NCBI GenBank assembly: GCA_964436935.1
Contig: CAYTES010000001.1
Span: forward strand, 7,066-71,065
Origin: an uncultured Candidatus Peribacteria bacterium
GTDB taxonomy: Bacteria; Patescibacteriota; Gracilibacteria; UBA1369; UBA12473
Length of the DNA stretch: 64,000 bases
Direction: 5' to 3'
Made by a program: the position numbers and the translations under genes. The notes beneath the pieces are model-generated. The model did no database searches, was not told the origin of the DNA, and worked only from the letters and a program-made list of their open reading frames with translations. Below, piece by piece: positions 27,317 through 36,840 of this stretch. Positions within the stretch are counted from its first letter, which is position 1. Every line of letters begins with the position of its first letter.

Positions 27317-27763
27317 TCATACTCCGCGGTAAGCCACCCCACTATTTTCCGTCTCCCACAGTTTAACCTCGAACAAACGTACCTGGGGGTCGCCCAGAGT
27401 ACAGTCCAAGGAAAGAGTTTGATTCAAATAACGTTTCAAATCTTCACCCAAATTGGGGTCTTTCAACTCTTGTTGCAAAAGCGAGGCCAAAGGGAATAAA
27501 CGATCCCAAATCCAACGACACACCAATTCCGCCGAAGGATTCTCAAAATGATCATTCAAATTCTGGTGATCCAACACGCCCAAAATCTGTCGCTGAACAA
27601 TTCGCTTTAAAATCACAAAATCAATCACCAGGCCGTTGGAATCCATCTCCCCCTCGACCGTCACCTCCAAACGGTATGTATGACCATGCACATTCTCGCA
27701 TTTCCCGTAGTAACGGGTAAGCGCATGAGCGGCATCGAAAATAAAAATCTTTGTAATAAGCAT
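27317..27763 (-). CDS. 6-pyruvoyl-tetrahydropterin synthase / QueD family protein
   Basis: FDAAHAL...GKCENVHGHTYRLEVTV (Cys-x3-His-Gly-His). Start set to the internal ATG, giving MLITKIFIF. Confidence 0.88.
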   Translation of the reverse strand: MLITKIFIFDAAHALTRYYGKCENVHGHTYRLEVTVEGEMDSNGLVIDFVILKRIVQRQILGVLDHQNLNDHFENPSAELVCRWIWDRLFPLASLLQQELKDPNLGEDLKRYLNQTLSLDCTLGDPQVRLFEVKLWETENSGVAYRGV

Positions 27764-27845
27764 AAAAAGGGATTGGGATAACCCAATTTTTCCACAAAAA
27801 ATCAAAAAAGCACAGAAAAATCAAAGGAAATCCCGCAAAAGCATC

Positions 27846-28697
27846 TCACCCCTGTCGATAGGCACTATAAAATTGCAACAATCGATAGGTTTCCTTCACA
27901 TCATGGACACGCAACAAATTCACTCCATGGCTCAAGGCCACCCAAGCGGCGGCCAAAGAGCCTTCCAAACGATCTTGCGGTCCAATGCCGCCACAAATTT
28001 CTCCAATAAAGCCCTTGCGAGAAGCTCCCACCAAAACCGGAAAGCCGATCTCCGTCAACTCCCCCAATCGTTTGAGAATATCCAAACTGACACGCGGATC
28101 ACCACTGACAAAAGCGCCCATTCCCGGATCCACAATAAGCTGAGATCGCTGAATTCCACCTTTCTGAAAAACAGCCCATCGCTCGTCAAAAAAAGAAATT
28201 AAAGTTTGAATAATATCGTCGTAATGAACCACTTTTCGCGTGGTGCGAGGCGTCGCATCCTTAGAATACATGACCACCACGGGAACTTTTTTTTCGGCAA
28301 TAAGCGAAACCATGGCCGAATCACCCCGTAGTCCCGTCACATCATTGACCATATCAGCCCCCGCCTCCAACGCCTGACGTGCCACATCCTCTTTCCACGT
28401 ATCGATCGAGATCCAAACCTCGGCATCTCGAATGCGCAGTTCCCGAATCACAGGAATAACACGATTCAACTCCTCTTCCTGGGAAACGTCCTGCGATTCG
28501 GGTCCCGTAGATTCCCCTCCCACATCAATAATAGAAGCCCCTTCGGAAATCATCTGTAAACCTCGTTCCACAGCAGACTCCACTCCTCCATATTGTCCTC
28601 CATCCGAAAAAGAGTCCGGCGTCACATTCAAAATCCCCATAATCTGAGGAGAAGACAAATCCAACTGCTTTGATCCGGACCGTAAAAAATTCCGCAT
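27846..28697 (-). CDS. folP: dihydropteroate synthase
   Basis: IMGILNVTPDSFSDGG, IIDVGGESTGP, GASRKGFIG. Confidence 0.93.
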   Translation of the reverse strand: MRNFLRSGSKQLDLSSPQIMGILNVTPDSFSDGGQYGGVESAVERGLQMISEGASIIDVGGESTGPESQDVSQEEELNRVIPVIRELRIRDAEVWISIDTWKEDVARQALEAGADMVNDVTGLRGDSAMVSLIAEKKVPVVVMYSKDATPRTTRKVVHYDDIIQTLISFFDERWAVFQKGGIQRSQLIVDPGMGAFVSGDPRVSLDILKRLGELTEIGFPVLVGASRKGFIGEICGGIGPQDRLEGSLAAAWVALSHGVNLLRVHDVKETYRLLQFYSAYRQG

Positions 28698-28709
28698 AAA
28701 AAATTCCTA

Positions 28710-29534
28710 TCAAATAAATCGATCCATCAATCGATGAGTGATGGGTCCAACCTTCCCCTCTCCAATCAAAACCCCGTCCACTCGCACCACCGGTAAGATT
28801 CCACGAGGCGCATTGCACACAAACAGTTCATCACTTCTTAAAATCTCCGACTTTAAAATCGAGCTTTCAAGTACTGAAATTTTCAATTCACGAGCAACCT
28901 CAAGAATCCGATCCCTCATCGTTCCGGGAAGCATATGATCTTTCGGCGTAATCAAAACTCCCTCTTTAATCTGAAAAACATTCGTAATGGAACCTTCCGT
29001 GACAAACCCCTCATGATTCACCAATAACACTTCTTCCGCACCCGCTCGACGCATAGCTCGACGTGCCAATAAAGCCGGGAGTAAATGTGTGGTTTTGATT
29101 TCCGGAAAAAAACGCTCCACGACAAAAGTAATCACCGAAATACCATCCATTGAGGCCACGGAAGAATCCGGCAACAAAGAAACCGTGATTAAAATCGTGG
29201 GCTGACTCGAATTTTGATCAAAATCATGAATGCCTCCACTCACGGTCAACCGAATTCTGGATTCATTTCCCTGATCCCAATACGCATTTCGATCCACGGT
29301 TTCCTGGAGCCACGCTTCCAGTTCTTCCAACGGAGGCAATGGGATGCAAACCACTTGCGCCGAAGCTTTCAAGCGATTGAGGTGAGCCGAAACCTGGGCG
29401 ACTTTTCCACCTTCGGTCCTCAAGGTTTCATAAATCCCTTCGCCATACAAAAATCCCGCATCCCAAATGGAAAACGAGGCGTCGGATTCTTCCAGATAAC
29501 GGCCATTCAAAAAAACAATCGCCATACGTTTCAA
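28710..29534 (-). CDS. pabC: class IV aminotransferase, likely aminodeoxychorismate lyase
   Basis: FLYGEGIYETLR and the class IV fold pattern. Context between folP and pabB supports PabC rather than IlvE/Dat. Confidence 0.75.
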   Translation of the reverse strand: MKRMAIVFLNGRYLEESDASFSIWDAGFLYGEGIYETLRTEGGKVAQVSAHLNRLKASAQVVCIPLPPLEELEAWLQETVDRNAYWDQGNESRIRLTVSGGIHDFDQNSSQPTILITVSLLPDSSVASMDGISVITFVVERFFPEIKTTHLLPALLARRAMRRAGAEEVLLVNHEGFVTEGSITNVFQIKEGVLITPKDHMLPGTMRDRILEVARELKISVLESSILKSEILRSDELFVCNAPRGILPVVRVDGVLIGEGKVGPITHRLMDRFI

Positions 29535-29539
29535 TAAAA

Positions 29540-30025
29540 TTAAGGAAGGATCGACCCCGCCCGTCCATCCACTTCAAGTTTTTGAATAAAGGCTCGGAGC
29601 AATTGATCCACCTTAGGATCTTTCAATGCCAGTATGCGAGCGGCCAAAAGACCGGCATTTTTAGCATTATTGATTCCCACCGTTGCCACGGGAACCCCTC
29701 CCGGCATCTGCACAATCGCCAACAAAGCATCCAGTCCGTTCAGACTTCCGGATTGAATCGGAACCCCAATCACCGGCAAAGGCGTCAACGCCGCAATGAC
29801 ACCCGGCAAATGAGCCGCACCTCCGGCTCCGGCAATAAAAATTTCAATTCCCCTCCCGGAAGCTTCTTTCACATATTCATGCAACAACGAGGGAGTACGA
29901 TGAGCGGAAATAACACGGGATTCGGAAGGTATTCCCAATTCGGACAAAATGGTTTTCGCCGCTTCCATAGTGGGCCAATCGGATTTACTACCCATAAGAA
30001 TGGCAACACGAGGAGAAGAAATCAT
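29540..30025 (-). CDS. purE: N5-carboxyaminoimidazole ribonucleotide mutase
   Basis: VAILMGSKSDW, SAHRTP, AGGAAHLPGV. Start moved to the internal ATG (cat at 30023-30025). Confidence 0.92.
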   Translation of the reverse strand: MISSPRVAILMGSKSDWPTMEAAKTILSELGIPSESRVISAHRTPSLLHEYVKEASGRGIEIFIAGAGGAAHLPGVIAALTPLPVIGVPIQSGSLNGLDALLAIVQMPGGVPVATVGINNAKNAGLLAARILALKDPKVDQLLRAFIQKLEVDGRAGSILP

Positions 30026-30119
30026 ACAAGTGAATTTAAAGAAAATACAATTCAATTATGGCGTGGAACAGTAAATATGCAAGGGCTCAGTGTATTCAAA
30101 ACACTTATCCAGATAAGGA

Positions 30120-31268
30120 TCAAAAATCAACATTTTGGCGATAATCGTATCCTGAATAAGCGGTATCAACTACAATCACATTCATTCCATAAAAGGCTAA
30201 GGCATCAGAAATGGGTAAGGGATGAGGACTATCTTGATTTGGAAATAATTCATGAGCACTACCCACAGTAACGATAGCCACCTTTTCTGAAGATTTCCCC
30301 ATGGATTCCGCCAAATTGGAAGCCATGAACACATTATGAGCTGTCGCACGATACCATATGGATGTATCACCCTTTTTTACTTGTTGCTTCAAAACTTCAC
30401 AATCGTAGCCACGAAGCTTAAAATTTGATAATTCTCCAGATAAATTGGTAGGCTTTTCTTCGCTCCCATTTATCAAATTATAGACTCCTTCATCATAAAA
30501 ATCCCTACTTAAACCTTGCTTATAAGCAAGGTTTATTATTTTCGATATTCTGCCATTGGATTCCTTTGGAGTAAATTCTCTAGCGGTTGCCCGTAAAATA
30601 GAATCGTATTGTTTGGCATGTGTTAACTCTTCGCTATCAGCTATCCCATATTCGAGTTTAACAGGTTTAGCATGCTTACTTTCTAATAATAAAACAACTG
30701 TTTTTGCCCGTGGATTTTTAGATACAACCGCGTACGCAGGATTTATTCCGATAGCCCTAAAGGCCTCAATAATATCTATAAAATCACGTGACCCCATTTG
30801 CTTAGCCATGCCTTCAAAATTCATTGACATATAGGCTTTTACGCCGTTTTTTCTTATCAATGGTGGCATTCCTTCTACAATACGCCTCAATGTAGTGTCC
30901 ACCATTAGCGGTCGCTTATTCGTAAAATCAGCCATTAAATCTTGGTACATTTCTCCAAAAACATACGCATCCGGATCATCCGAAGCGATTTTTTTTAATC
31001 GAACTAAATTAATTTTTACAGTTTCTAAAATTTTTTTAACATCAAACGAACCTTCCGGAGTTATCAATTTAAACAAATCAATTCTTAAACTATGCTTCAA
31101 AAATTCAACTCCCCTTACATCGCAACCGTCCTGCAATTGCGCCAGTTCAAATCTACTTTTTTTATAGATATCGCCCTCATCAAAATGATCTACGGTTTTA
31201 AAAACCGGCAAATCCACTTTTTCATTTCTTGATATTTCTCCGAAATTTAATTTTTTTACCATAAACAC
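30120..31268 (-). CDS. hypothetical protein
   Basis: 382-aa ORF, visibly AT-richer than its neighbours. The C-terminal VAIVTVGSAHELF..GMNVIVVD loosely recalls TraB/GumN/ChaN-type proteins (weak). Confidence 0.6.
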   Translation of the reverse strand: MFMVKKLNFGEISRNEKVDLPVFKTVDHFDEGDIYKKSRFELAQLQDGCDVRGVEFLKHSLRIDLFKLITPEGSFDVKKILETVKINLVRLKKIASDDPDAYVFGEMYQDLMADFTNKRPLMVDTTLRRIVEGMPPLIRKNGVKAYMSMNFEGMAKQMGSRDFIDIIEAFRAIGINPAYAVVSKNPRAKTVVLLLESKHAKPVKLEYGIADSEELTHAKQYDSILRATAREFTPKESNGRISKIINLAYKQGLSRDFYDEGVYNLINGSEEKPTNLSGELSNFKLRGYDCEVLKQQVKKGDTSIWYRATAHNVFMASNLAESMGKSSEKVAIVTVGSAHELFPNQDSPHPLPISDALAFYGMNVIVVDTAYSGYDYRQNVDF

Positions 31269-31280
31269 GCATAGATTATA

Positions 31281-32504
31281 TTATTTTTTAGCTTTTATAA
31301 AATTAAGTATCGCATTTTGTAGCACAGCCGCCTTATGCAAAGTTTCTTCATACTCCTCTTGCGCCGTGGAATCCATCACAACAGCCCCTCCGGAGTGAAA
31401 GCTGAGCTGACCGGAACGACGATCCAACGCCATCGTACGAATTAAAATATTGAAACAAAACTCACCATTCGGAGAAATCCATCCTGCGGATCCGGTATAA
31501 ACACCGCGAGGAACCGGCTCCAATTGCTGAATCAATTCCATCGTTCTTTTCTTGGGTGCCCCGGTCACCGAACCACCGGGAAAAACCGATTCTAAAACCT
31601 CCCGCCAACCCAATCCTTTCTCTAAAATTCCAGTCACATGAGACATCGTATGGTGAACATGAGAATAGGACTCCACCACCCGATGCTCGGGAACCTGAAC
31701 GGAGCCCACACGACAAACGCGTCCCAAATCATTGCGCGCCAAATCCACAATCATATTGAGTTCCGCTTCAATCTTAGGATTGGCTAAAAGCTCCTTTTTT
31801 AACTTTTCATCCTCCTTAAAATTTTGCCCTCGAGGTACCGTCCCTTTAATGGGACGAGTTTCCACGACCATCTCATGATTGCCATTCCACGCCCCGCGCA
31901 CCAATAATTCCGGAGAACAACTCACCACGGTAATCGGATCAAAATCCAGATAACACGCGTACGGAGAAGGATTCATTTGCATTAACCCTTGAAAAAACCC
32001 CCAGGGATCGCCTTTGAATTGAGCGTCAAAACGATAAGCAAAATTAAGTTCGTAGGTTTCTCCCTTTCTCAAATAATCATGAATGCGGTCAATACCCGCA
32101 GCATAATCGGAAAAACTCATTTGAGGCACAGGAACGGTCGAGCTAAAATCGGTTTGAATATCTGAAAAAAACTCCGGAGAAAGGCAGTCGCGGACCATCA
32201 CTTTTTCAGGCAATACAAAATGGAGCAAAGGGGTGGATGATGACTCGCAGCGGAAGGGAAGACCTTCCAAAGCACGTCCCAATTCATAACTCAAATATCC
32301 AAACACGCTGCTCTCAAAACCTCCTGCTGAAGCTCCCCCTCGGTGTTGATTTAAAAAAGCTTGAATGGACTCAAGCGCCTCAAAAGCCTCATGAAAAGTA
32401 TAGGCCTTCCATTCCCGTTTAAGACCAAACCCCCACAAAAAGTAGGGTCGGGCAGTGGGATAGCCATGTTGAAATTGGAAAAAAAAACCGGGGGAGGGCT
32501 CCAT
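31281..32504 (-). CDS. pabB: chorismate-binding enzyme, likely aminodeoxychorismate synthase component I
   Basis: C-terminal chorismate-binding core: SPELLV, RPIKGT, PGGSVTGAPK, RGVYTGSAGW. The PabB call rests on the folate context. Confidence 0.75.
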   Translation of the reverse strand: MEPSPGFFFQFQHGYPTARPYFLWGFGLKREWKAYTFHEAFEALESIQAFLNQHRGGASAGGFESSVFGYLSYELGRALEGLPFRCESSSTPLLHFVLPEKVMVRDCLSPEFFSDIQTDFSSTVPVPQMSFSDYAAGIDRIHDYLRKGETYELNFAYRFDAQFKGDPWGFFQGLMQMNPSPYACYLDFDPITVVSCSPELLVRGAWNGNHEMVVETRPIKGTVPRGQNFKEDEKLKKELLANPKIEAELNMIVDLARNDLGRVCRVGSVQVPEHRVVESYSHVHHTMSHVTGILEKGLGWREVLESVFPGGSVTGAPKKRTMELIQQLEPVPRGVYTGSAGWISPNGEFCFNILIRTMALDRRSGQLSFHSGGAVVMDSTAQEEYEETLHKAAVLQNAILNFIKAKK

Positions 32505-32509
32505 GGAAT

Positions 32510-33427
32510 TTATTTTACCGGTGATTCAAAAAAATAATACACCGATCCCCATTCATCTTCCAAACGATAGGCTGGACCATCCGTAGGAGGCCTGGAAACA
32601 ACCTCAATCCTTCGAATACGAGGCTGAGGGTGAACGGAAAAAACAGCGTCCCCCTGTAAATTTTTTCGGGGTTTCTCTCTGTAAAATTCAATCAAAGAGC
32701 CGGTTCGAATAGGGTTCAAGTTTGTACCAGAAGGAACATCAAAAGCTTTTGATTCAAAAATAAAAGGCGCGCCCTTGCGGTCTTCATGGTAAGTAACACG
32801 CGTGGGAAAGATAAAAACCGTAAAAGGTTTTTTGAGAAAATCGCTCGGAACTTTGGGAGCAGAAACCGATTCCTTCCGATTAAAACCGGATGAGGGACCA
32901 GGGTTGGAATTCAAAAAAGAGTTTAAGCGGGACTGAAAAGAATATTCGAGAGGTTTAAGAGGAGGTTTAACGTCAACCAACATGGGAGCTCTCTTCAAAA
33001 GCCGCACCAAATCCAATCGGCGCAATTCATATTCCTGTTGATCTTGCGTAGTGATTACATAACGAGTCACAATATGCCCCTCTTCTCTTTCGGAAATTTG
33101 CACAATATCTTGAACCGGAGCAGTAACTTGTTGCAATTCGGCGGGCCAAAAAAAGATAGACTCTCCCACTCGAATAGGCTCAGCAACAAGGCCACGAAAA
33201 GAACGATTGGCATTAGTCCCGCCAAGCTCAATAACCACATTGCGAGTAAAAGATTCAGGTAAAGCGTCTAAAGAAAATTGCCCCAAGGATTCAACAATTT
33301 GTGGCCGAACGAGAGAAGGGTCCGAACCGGAAACAACATCCGTTCGTTCCAAATGAACTGTTTCTCCTCCACGCTCAGGAACGAACTCCAGCTCCTCTTG
33401 AACAAAGGGATCGGCAAATTCAGCCAT
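32510..33427 (-). CDS. hypothetical protein
   Basis: 305-aa ORF, 5 nt from the pabB start. No motif recognised. Confidence 0.6.
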   Translation of the reverse strand: MAEFADPFVQEELEFVPERGGETVHLERTDVVSGSDPSLVRPQIVESLGQFSLDALPESFTRNVVIELGGTNANRSFRGLVAEPIRVGESIFFWPAELQQVTAPVQDIVQISEREEGHIVTRYVITTQDQQEYELRRLDLVRLLKRAPMLVDVKPPLKPLEYSFQSRLNSFLNSNPGPSSGFNRKESVSAPKVPSDFLKKPFTVFIFPTRVTYHEDRKGAPFIFESKAFDVPSGTNLNPIRTGSLIEFYREKPRKNLQGDAVFSVHPQPRIRRIEVVSRPPTDGPAYRLEDEWGSVYYFFESPVK

Positions 33428-33541
33428 AAAAATGGTATTTATAAAGGCTAAGCCTATATAATAAACAGAAAATTAAATTAGTCAAAATAATTCAACTCCA
33501 ATCTCAACAAATGTGTATTAAAAGCCTTAGGTGAACAGCTC

Positions 33542-34003
33542 CTAACGCTCCTCCTCATTGTAAACATGCTCGTACTCCGTTTTGGCGTAAGAATACAGTT
33601 CATCTTGGCTGAAGAACCGTTTCACCTCCTGCTCGGCATTTTCAACGGTGTCCGAAGCATGAATCACATTGCAAGATAAACTCATGGCCAAATCTCCTCG
33701 AATAGACCCCGCCTCAGCCGCTCGGGCCTTGGTGATTCCGCATAAAATTCGAACCGCCTGAACCACCTCGACTCCCTCCAAACAGATGGCGATAACGGGA
33801 GAACTCATCATGAACTGTTCCACACCGGGATAAAAGCTTTTATCCGCAATATGCGAATAATGCTCTCGTAAAATCGCTTCATCGAGCGACATCATTTTCA
33901 TGCCAATGAGCTTCAAGCCTTTACGCTCAAATCGAGAAACAATCTCCCCCACAAGCCCGCGCTGAATGGCATCCGGCTTAATCAAAATCAAAGTACGTTC
34001 CAT
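33542..34003 (-). CDS. ndk: nucleoside diphosphate kinase
   Basis: ERTLILIKPDA and NVIHASD active-site His context; 153 aa. Confidence 0.95.
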   Translation of the reverse strand: MERTLILIKPDAIQRGLVGEIVSRFERKGLKLIGMKMMSLDEAILREHYSHIADKSFYPGVEQFMMSSPVIAICLEGVEVVQAVRILCGITKARAAEAGSIRGDLAMSLSCNVIHASDTVENAEQEVKRFFSQDELYSYAKTEYEHVYNEEER

Positions 34004-34051
34004 AAAAACTTGTAAAAAAAATAAATAATTGTAAAAAAATTGTAAGAGGAG

Positions 34052-34387
34052 TTGAATAAATACGCAAGAATAGATTTTTTAAACTCAAACGCCACGAGAA
34101 TGGATCATCCCTCATTTATACCCTCCATCAAAGAAGCGCAGGAGATATGGCCCCCCTTGAAAAATGATAGGCTCATTAAAAAGGAAAATGGCCCATTCAA
34201 ATACGAGGTCAAACGGTCCCTCTGGTCTCAGGATCTCAGCCTCGAAGAAGTGATACAAAGATTATCCGAAAAAGAGTTACTCACCCTACGAGAAGACCAC
34301 CACGGTCCGAGATACCATAAAATGCTAGAAACCCCGGAAGGAAAACGATTTCTAGTACAAGTAAAAGTACAACAAATTTTAGGATAA
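34052..34387 (+). CDS. hypothetical protein
   Basis: 111-codon ORF with a TTG start. An alternative ATG lies at 34100. Confidence 0.45.
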   Translation: MNKYARIDFLNSNATRMDHPSFIPSIKEAQEIWPPLKNDRLIKKENGPFKYEVKRSLWSQDLSLEEVIQRLSEKELLTLREDHHGPRYHKMLETPEGKRFLVQVKVQQILG

Positions 34388-34400
34388 TGGATTTAAAATA

Positions 34401-34745
34401 CTAGGCACGAAAGAGCAAAAAAATCGCCAATACCATCAACAGGATATAAACCATCATCAAAATACTCCCAATGACTTTAGAGGTTTTTACCAGCGTCAAA
34501 TCAAACAAAATGGTCTTCACACGATAAAAACTGTGGTACAACATCACTCCAAATAAAATGATGAAATACAGTGGATAAAAAAATCCATCCAACTTCATTT
34601 CATACCCGGCTTGAAGTGCAAGGATATGAACAGGCAAAATAAAAGCGGATAGCATGGCTGTTGCCGAGAAGACAAACCACAGCATTCCTTTTAAAAAAGC
34701 GGGGCGAGGAGAGCGGCGGGGAATATCAACGAATTCCGTGGACAT
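34401..34745 (-). CDS. frdD: fumarate reductase membrane anchor subunit D-like
   Basis: ~115 aa with three hydrophobic helices. The pattern RS..P.F......SA.ILPV matches E. coli FrdD by eye. Start at the internal ATG MSTEF. Confidence 0.6.
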   Translation of the reverse strand: MSTEFVDIPRRSPRPAFLKGMLWFVFSATAMLSAFILPVHILALQAGYEMKLDGFFYPLYFIILFGVMLYHSFYRVKTILFDLTLVKTSKVIGSILMMVYILLMVLAIFLLFRA

Positions 34746-35100
34746 AAAACAACTGCAATAAGAAATAAGAAACAACCGTCCATACCACAATCAATCCCAC
34801 AAAGCCGAGCCGTTCCGCCCAGCGGGGCAAATCGAAAGGGGTGACTTTAAGGGTCACCGCAAACCAAGTGAAAGAATGAAAAAAAGCGGAAACCAAACCG
34901 ATCCAAGTGGCAATTTGGAGAACTATATTGTGCAAATCATTGAGGGCCCACGAAAGAATAAAAACAATCGCATAAAAGGCAATTCCAATGCCGGTCAATT
35001 CACGCAAAAAATAAATCCAACCGGTGAGGTTTACCGTCCACCACAAGGGAGTGGGGTGATACTCCGCAAGGACGGAACGTCGAGAATCAGAATGTTTCAT
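34726..35100 (-). CDS. frdC: fumarate reductase membrane anchor subunit C-like
   Basis: 124 aa. PLWWTVNLTGWIYFLRELTG parallels the FrdC WW...Y.F.LRE.T segment. It follows frdB with a 4-nt overlap. Confidence 0.65.
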   Translation of the reverse strand: MKHSDSRRSVLAEYHPTPLWWTVNLTGWIYFLRELTGIGIAFYAIVFILSWALNDLHNIVLQIATWIGLVSAFFHSFTWFAVTLKVTPFDLPRWAERLGFVGLIVVWTVVSYFLLQLFYVHGIR

Positions 35101-35930
35101 TTTTTCTTTTTTAAGAGATCGGTGAGCGGTTTAGTAACCATCCGCATAGAGCCCATCACTTTCAATCGTTGCAACGCTTTGGCCGGATCAACACGCTTCG
35201 GACAGGCCACCGAACACTCTCCCACAAAACTACACCCCCACACGCTATTTTTCTCTCCCACCAGCTGATCCAAACGTTCTCCCGTGGCATTGTCGCGAGA
35301 ATCCGCCACATAGCGGTAAGCCAAAGCACCGGCACCTGGTCCCACAAAATCTTTTTCCTGACCATAAACCGGACAAGCCGAATAGCAAAGCATACACTTG
35401 ATGCACTGACTGGTTTGGTCAATACGCTCCCTTTGTTTTTTGGACTGCTTGGACGGCACACCTTCCTCCACATCAACACGATCCATATACGGCATGACTG
35501 AACGCATTTTTTCCATGGGATCATCAATATCCACAATCAAATCTTTCAAAATCGGCATATTGCGCATCGGCTCAATACGAATAAACCCTTTCTTAACAAC
35601 ATCCTTGCAATACGTTGAACAGGCTAAAACCGGCTTTCCATTAATGATCATGCCACAACTCCCACAAATCCCCATCCGACACGACCAACGATAACTCACG
35701 CTCCCGTCTTGCTGATCTTTAACCTGCTGCAAGGCATCCAACACCGTGGTATTGTCGTCCGCCTCGATCAAAAAAATTTCCAAATGAGGAGCCTGTTTCA
35801 AGGTTCCCTGATCGGGGGTATAACGCTGAATGGATAGCTGAACGGAAAATTTTTTAACCACCCTTGGAGTATAAGACAAAAAAGGCCCAAAACAAAAAAG
35901 TTCCTTAAAATTTTGCACTATGTTTGCCAT
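35097..35930 (-). CDS. frdB: fumarate reductase / succinate dehydrogenase iron-sulfur subunit
   Basis: 2Fe-2S CRMGICGSCGMIINGKPVLAC, 4Fe-4S CIKCMLCYSACP, 3Fe-4S CSFVGECSVACP. The 65-codon N-terminal extension of the tracked ORF was removed, but the start remains uncertain. Confidence 0.9.
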   Translation of the reverse strand: MANIVQNFKELFCFGPFLSYTPRVVKKFSVQLSIQRYTPDQGTLKQAPHLEIFLIEADDNTTVLDALQQVKDQQDGSVSYRWSCRMGICGSCGMIINGKPVLACSTYCKDVVKKGFIRIEPMRNMPILKDLIVDIDDPMEKMRSVMPYMDRVDVEEGVPSKQSKKQRERIDQTSQCIKCMLCYSACPVYGQEKDFVGPGAGALAYRYVADSRDNATGERLDQLVGEKNSVWGCSFVGECSVACPKRVDPAKALQRLKVMGSMRMVTKPLTDLLKKKK

Positions 35931-36282
35931 AAACGTCCTTAACCGCTGCCACAAATTGCTTGGTTGCCTCCAAAAGTTCCGGATGCTCCATGACAGGTCC
36001 ATACCGATGATGTCCCTGTTCATCCAACCCCAAAAGCACAGCCGCCGCCTTAATGGTGTCCAAAGCGCCCAATTCACCATCCGAAAAACGCCACAAACGA
36101 AAACGTAAATTATCAAAAATTTCACGAAGAGCCCCTTCTAAGCGATAATCCCCCGGAGCCTCTTCAACCTGTTCACCGAGTTTTCGAAGAAGCCCTTGAG
36201 TAATTCGTCGATGCAACGGCAGAGAATGCTCTGAAATACGATGCCTTTGTAAATCCGCGGAATCTTGTTCTGAAAGTGTCAT
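35905..36282 (-). CDS. hypothetical protein
   Basis: 125-aa ORF immediately upstream of frdB, overlapping its start by 26 nt. Confidence 0.5.
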   Translation of the reverse strand: MTLSEQDSADLQRHRISEHSLPLHRRITQGLLRKLGEQVEEAPGDYRLEGALREIFDNLRFRLWRFSDGELGALDTIKAAAVLLGLDEQGHHRYGPVMEHPELLEATKQFVAAVKDVYGKHSAKF

Positions 36283-36300
36283 ATTTTTAGATTTTAAAGA

Positions 36301-36720
36301 TTAAAAAGAAATGCCATCTTGTTCAAAAACTTCCTTAACCAACTCAATCAATCGGTCACGTTCCGCATCAATCCTCATATCCCCCTCGTTTCTATACACC
36401 GATTGATCAGGGTAAGGCACACCATCACCATCCAATGCCGGTTTTTGCTTTCTCAACAAAGGCTCTACAGCCCTCAAAACATCGTAACTGGACAATTCTC
36501 CGGATTTAACCTCATCAAGACACTCCGAAATTTCCGTCAACATATCCAATAGAAGCGCTTTTAAACCAGGCTTGGCAGAACGAACTTGCAGAGAAAACTG
36601 ATGCAAAGCATCCATCAAAAATTGATCGACCGCTAATTCATCGGAAACTTTCATTTTAATCTCCAATCCTGCACGAGTTTCTCCAGAAGCAATAGGAGTG
36701 GGAGTTGGTTGATCGACCAT
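36301..36720 (-). CDS. hypothetical protein
   Basis: 139-aa ORF. No motif recognised. Confidence 0.55.
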   Translation of the reverse strand: MVDQPTPTPIASGETRAGLEIKMKVSDELAVDQFLMDALHQFSLQVRSAKPGLKALLLDMLTEISECLDEVKSGELSSYDVLRAVEPLLRKQKPALDGDGVPYPDQSVYRNEGDMRIDAERDRLIELVKEVFEQDGISF

Positions 36721-36840
36721 AAACCACGATTTTTTAATGGTAAGCGTAAAATATTAAAATATAATTAACATTAAGTCAATAAATATTTGCCAAATTAAGA
36801 AATAGAGGATTAAAATAAAATCCATTCTTTAAAATGAACT

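Noticed and set aside
29582-30271. The 229-aa +strand ORF.
   Set aside because: It is antisense to purE, which has unambiguous motifs. The product is R/N/Q/S-rich and featureless. The same reasoning applies to 9126-9653 (antisense to rpiB/prs), 22212-22832 (antisense to thiI), 1672-2217 (antisense to uvrB) and 40517-41248 (antisense to the giant gene).
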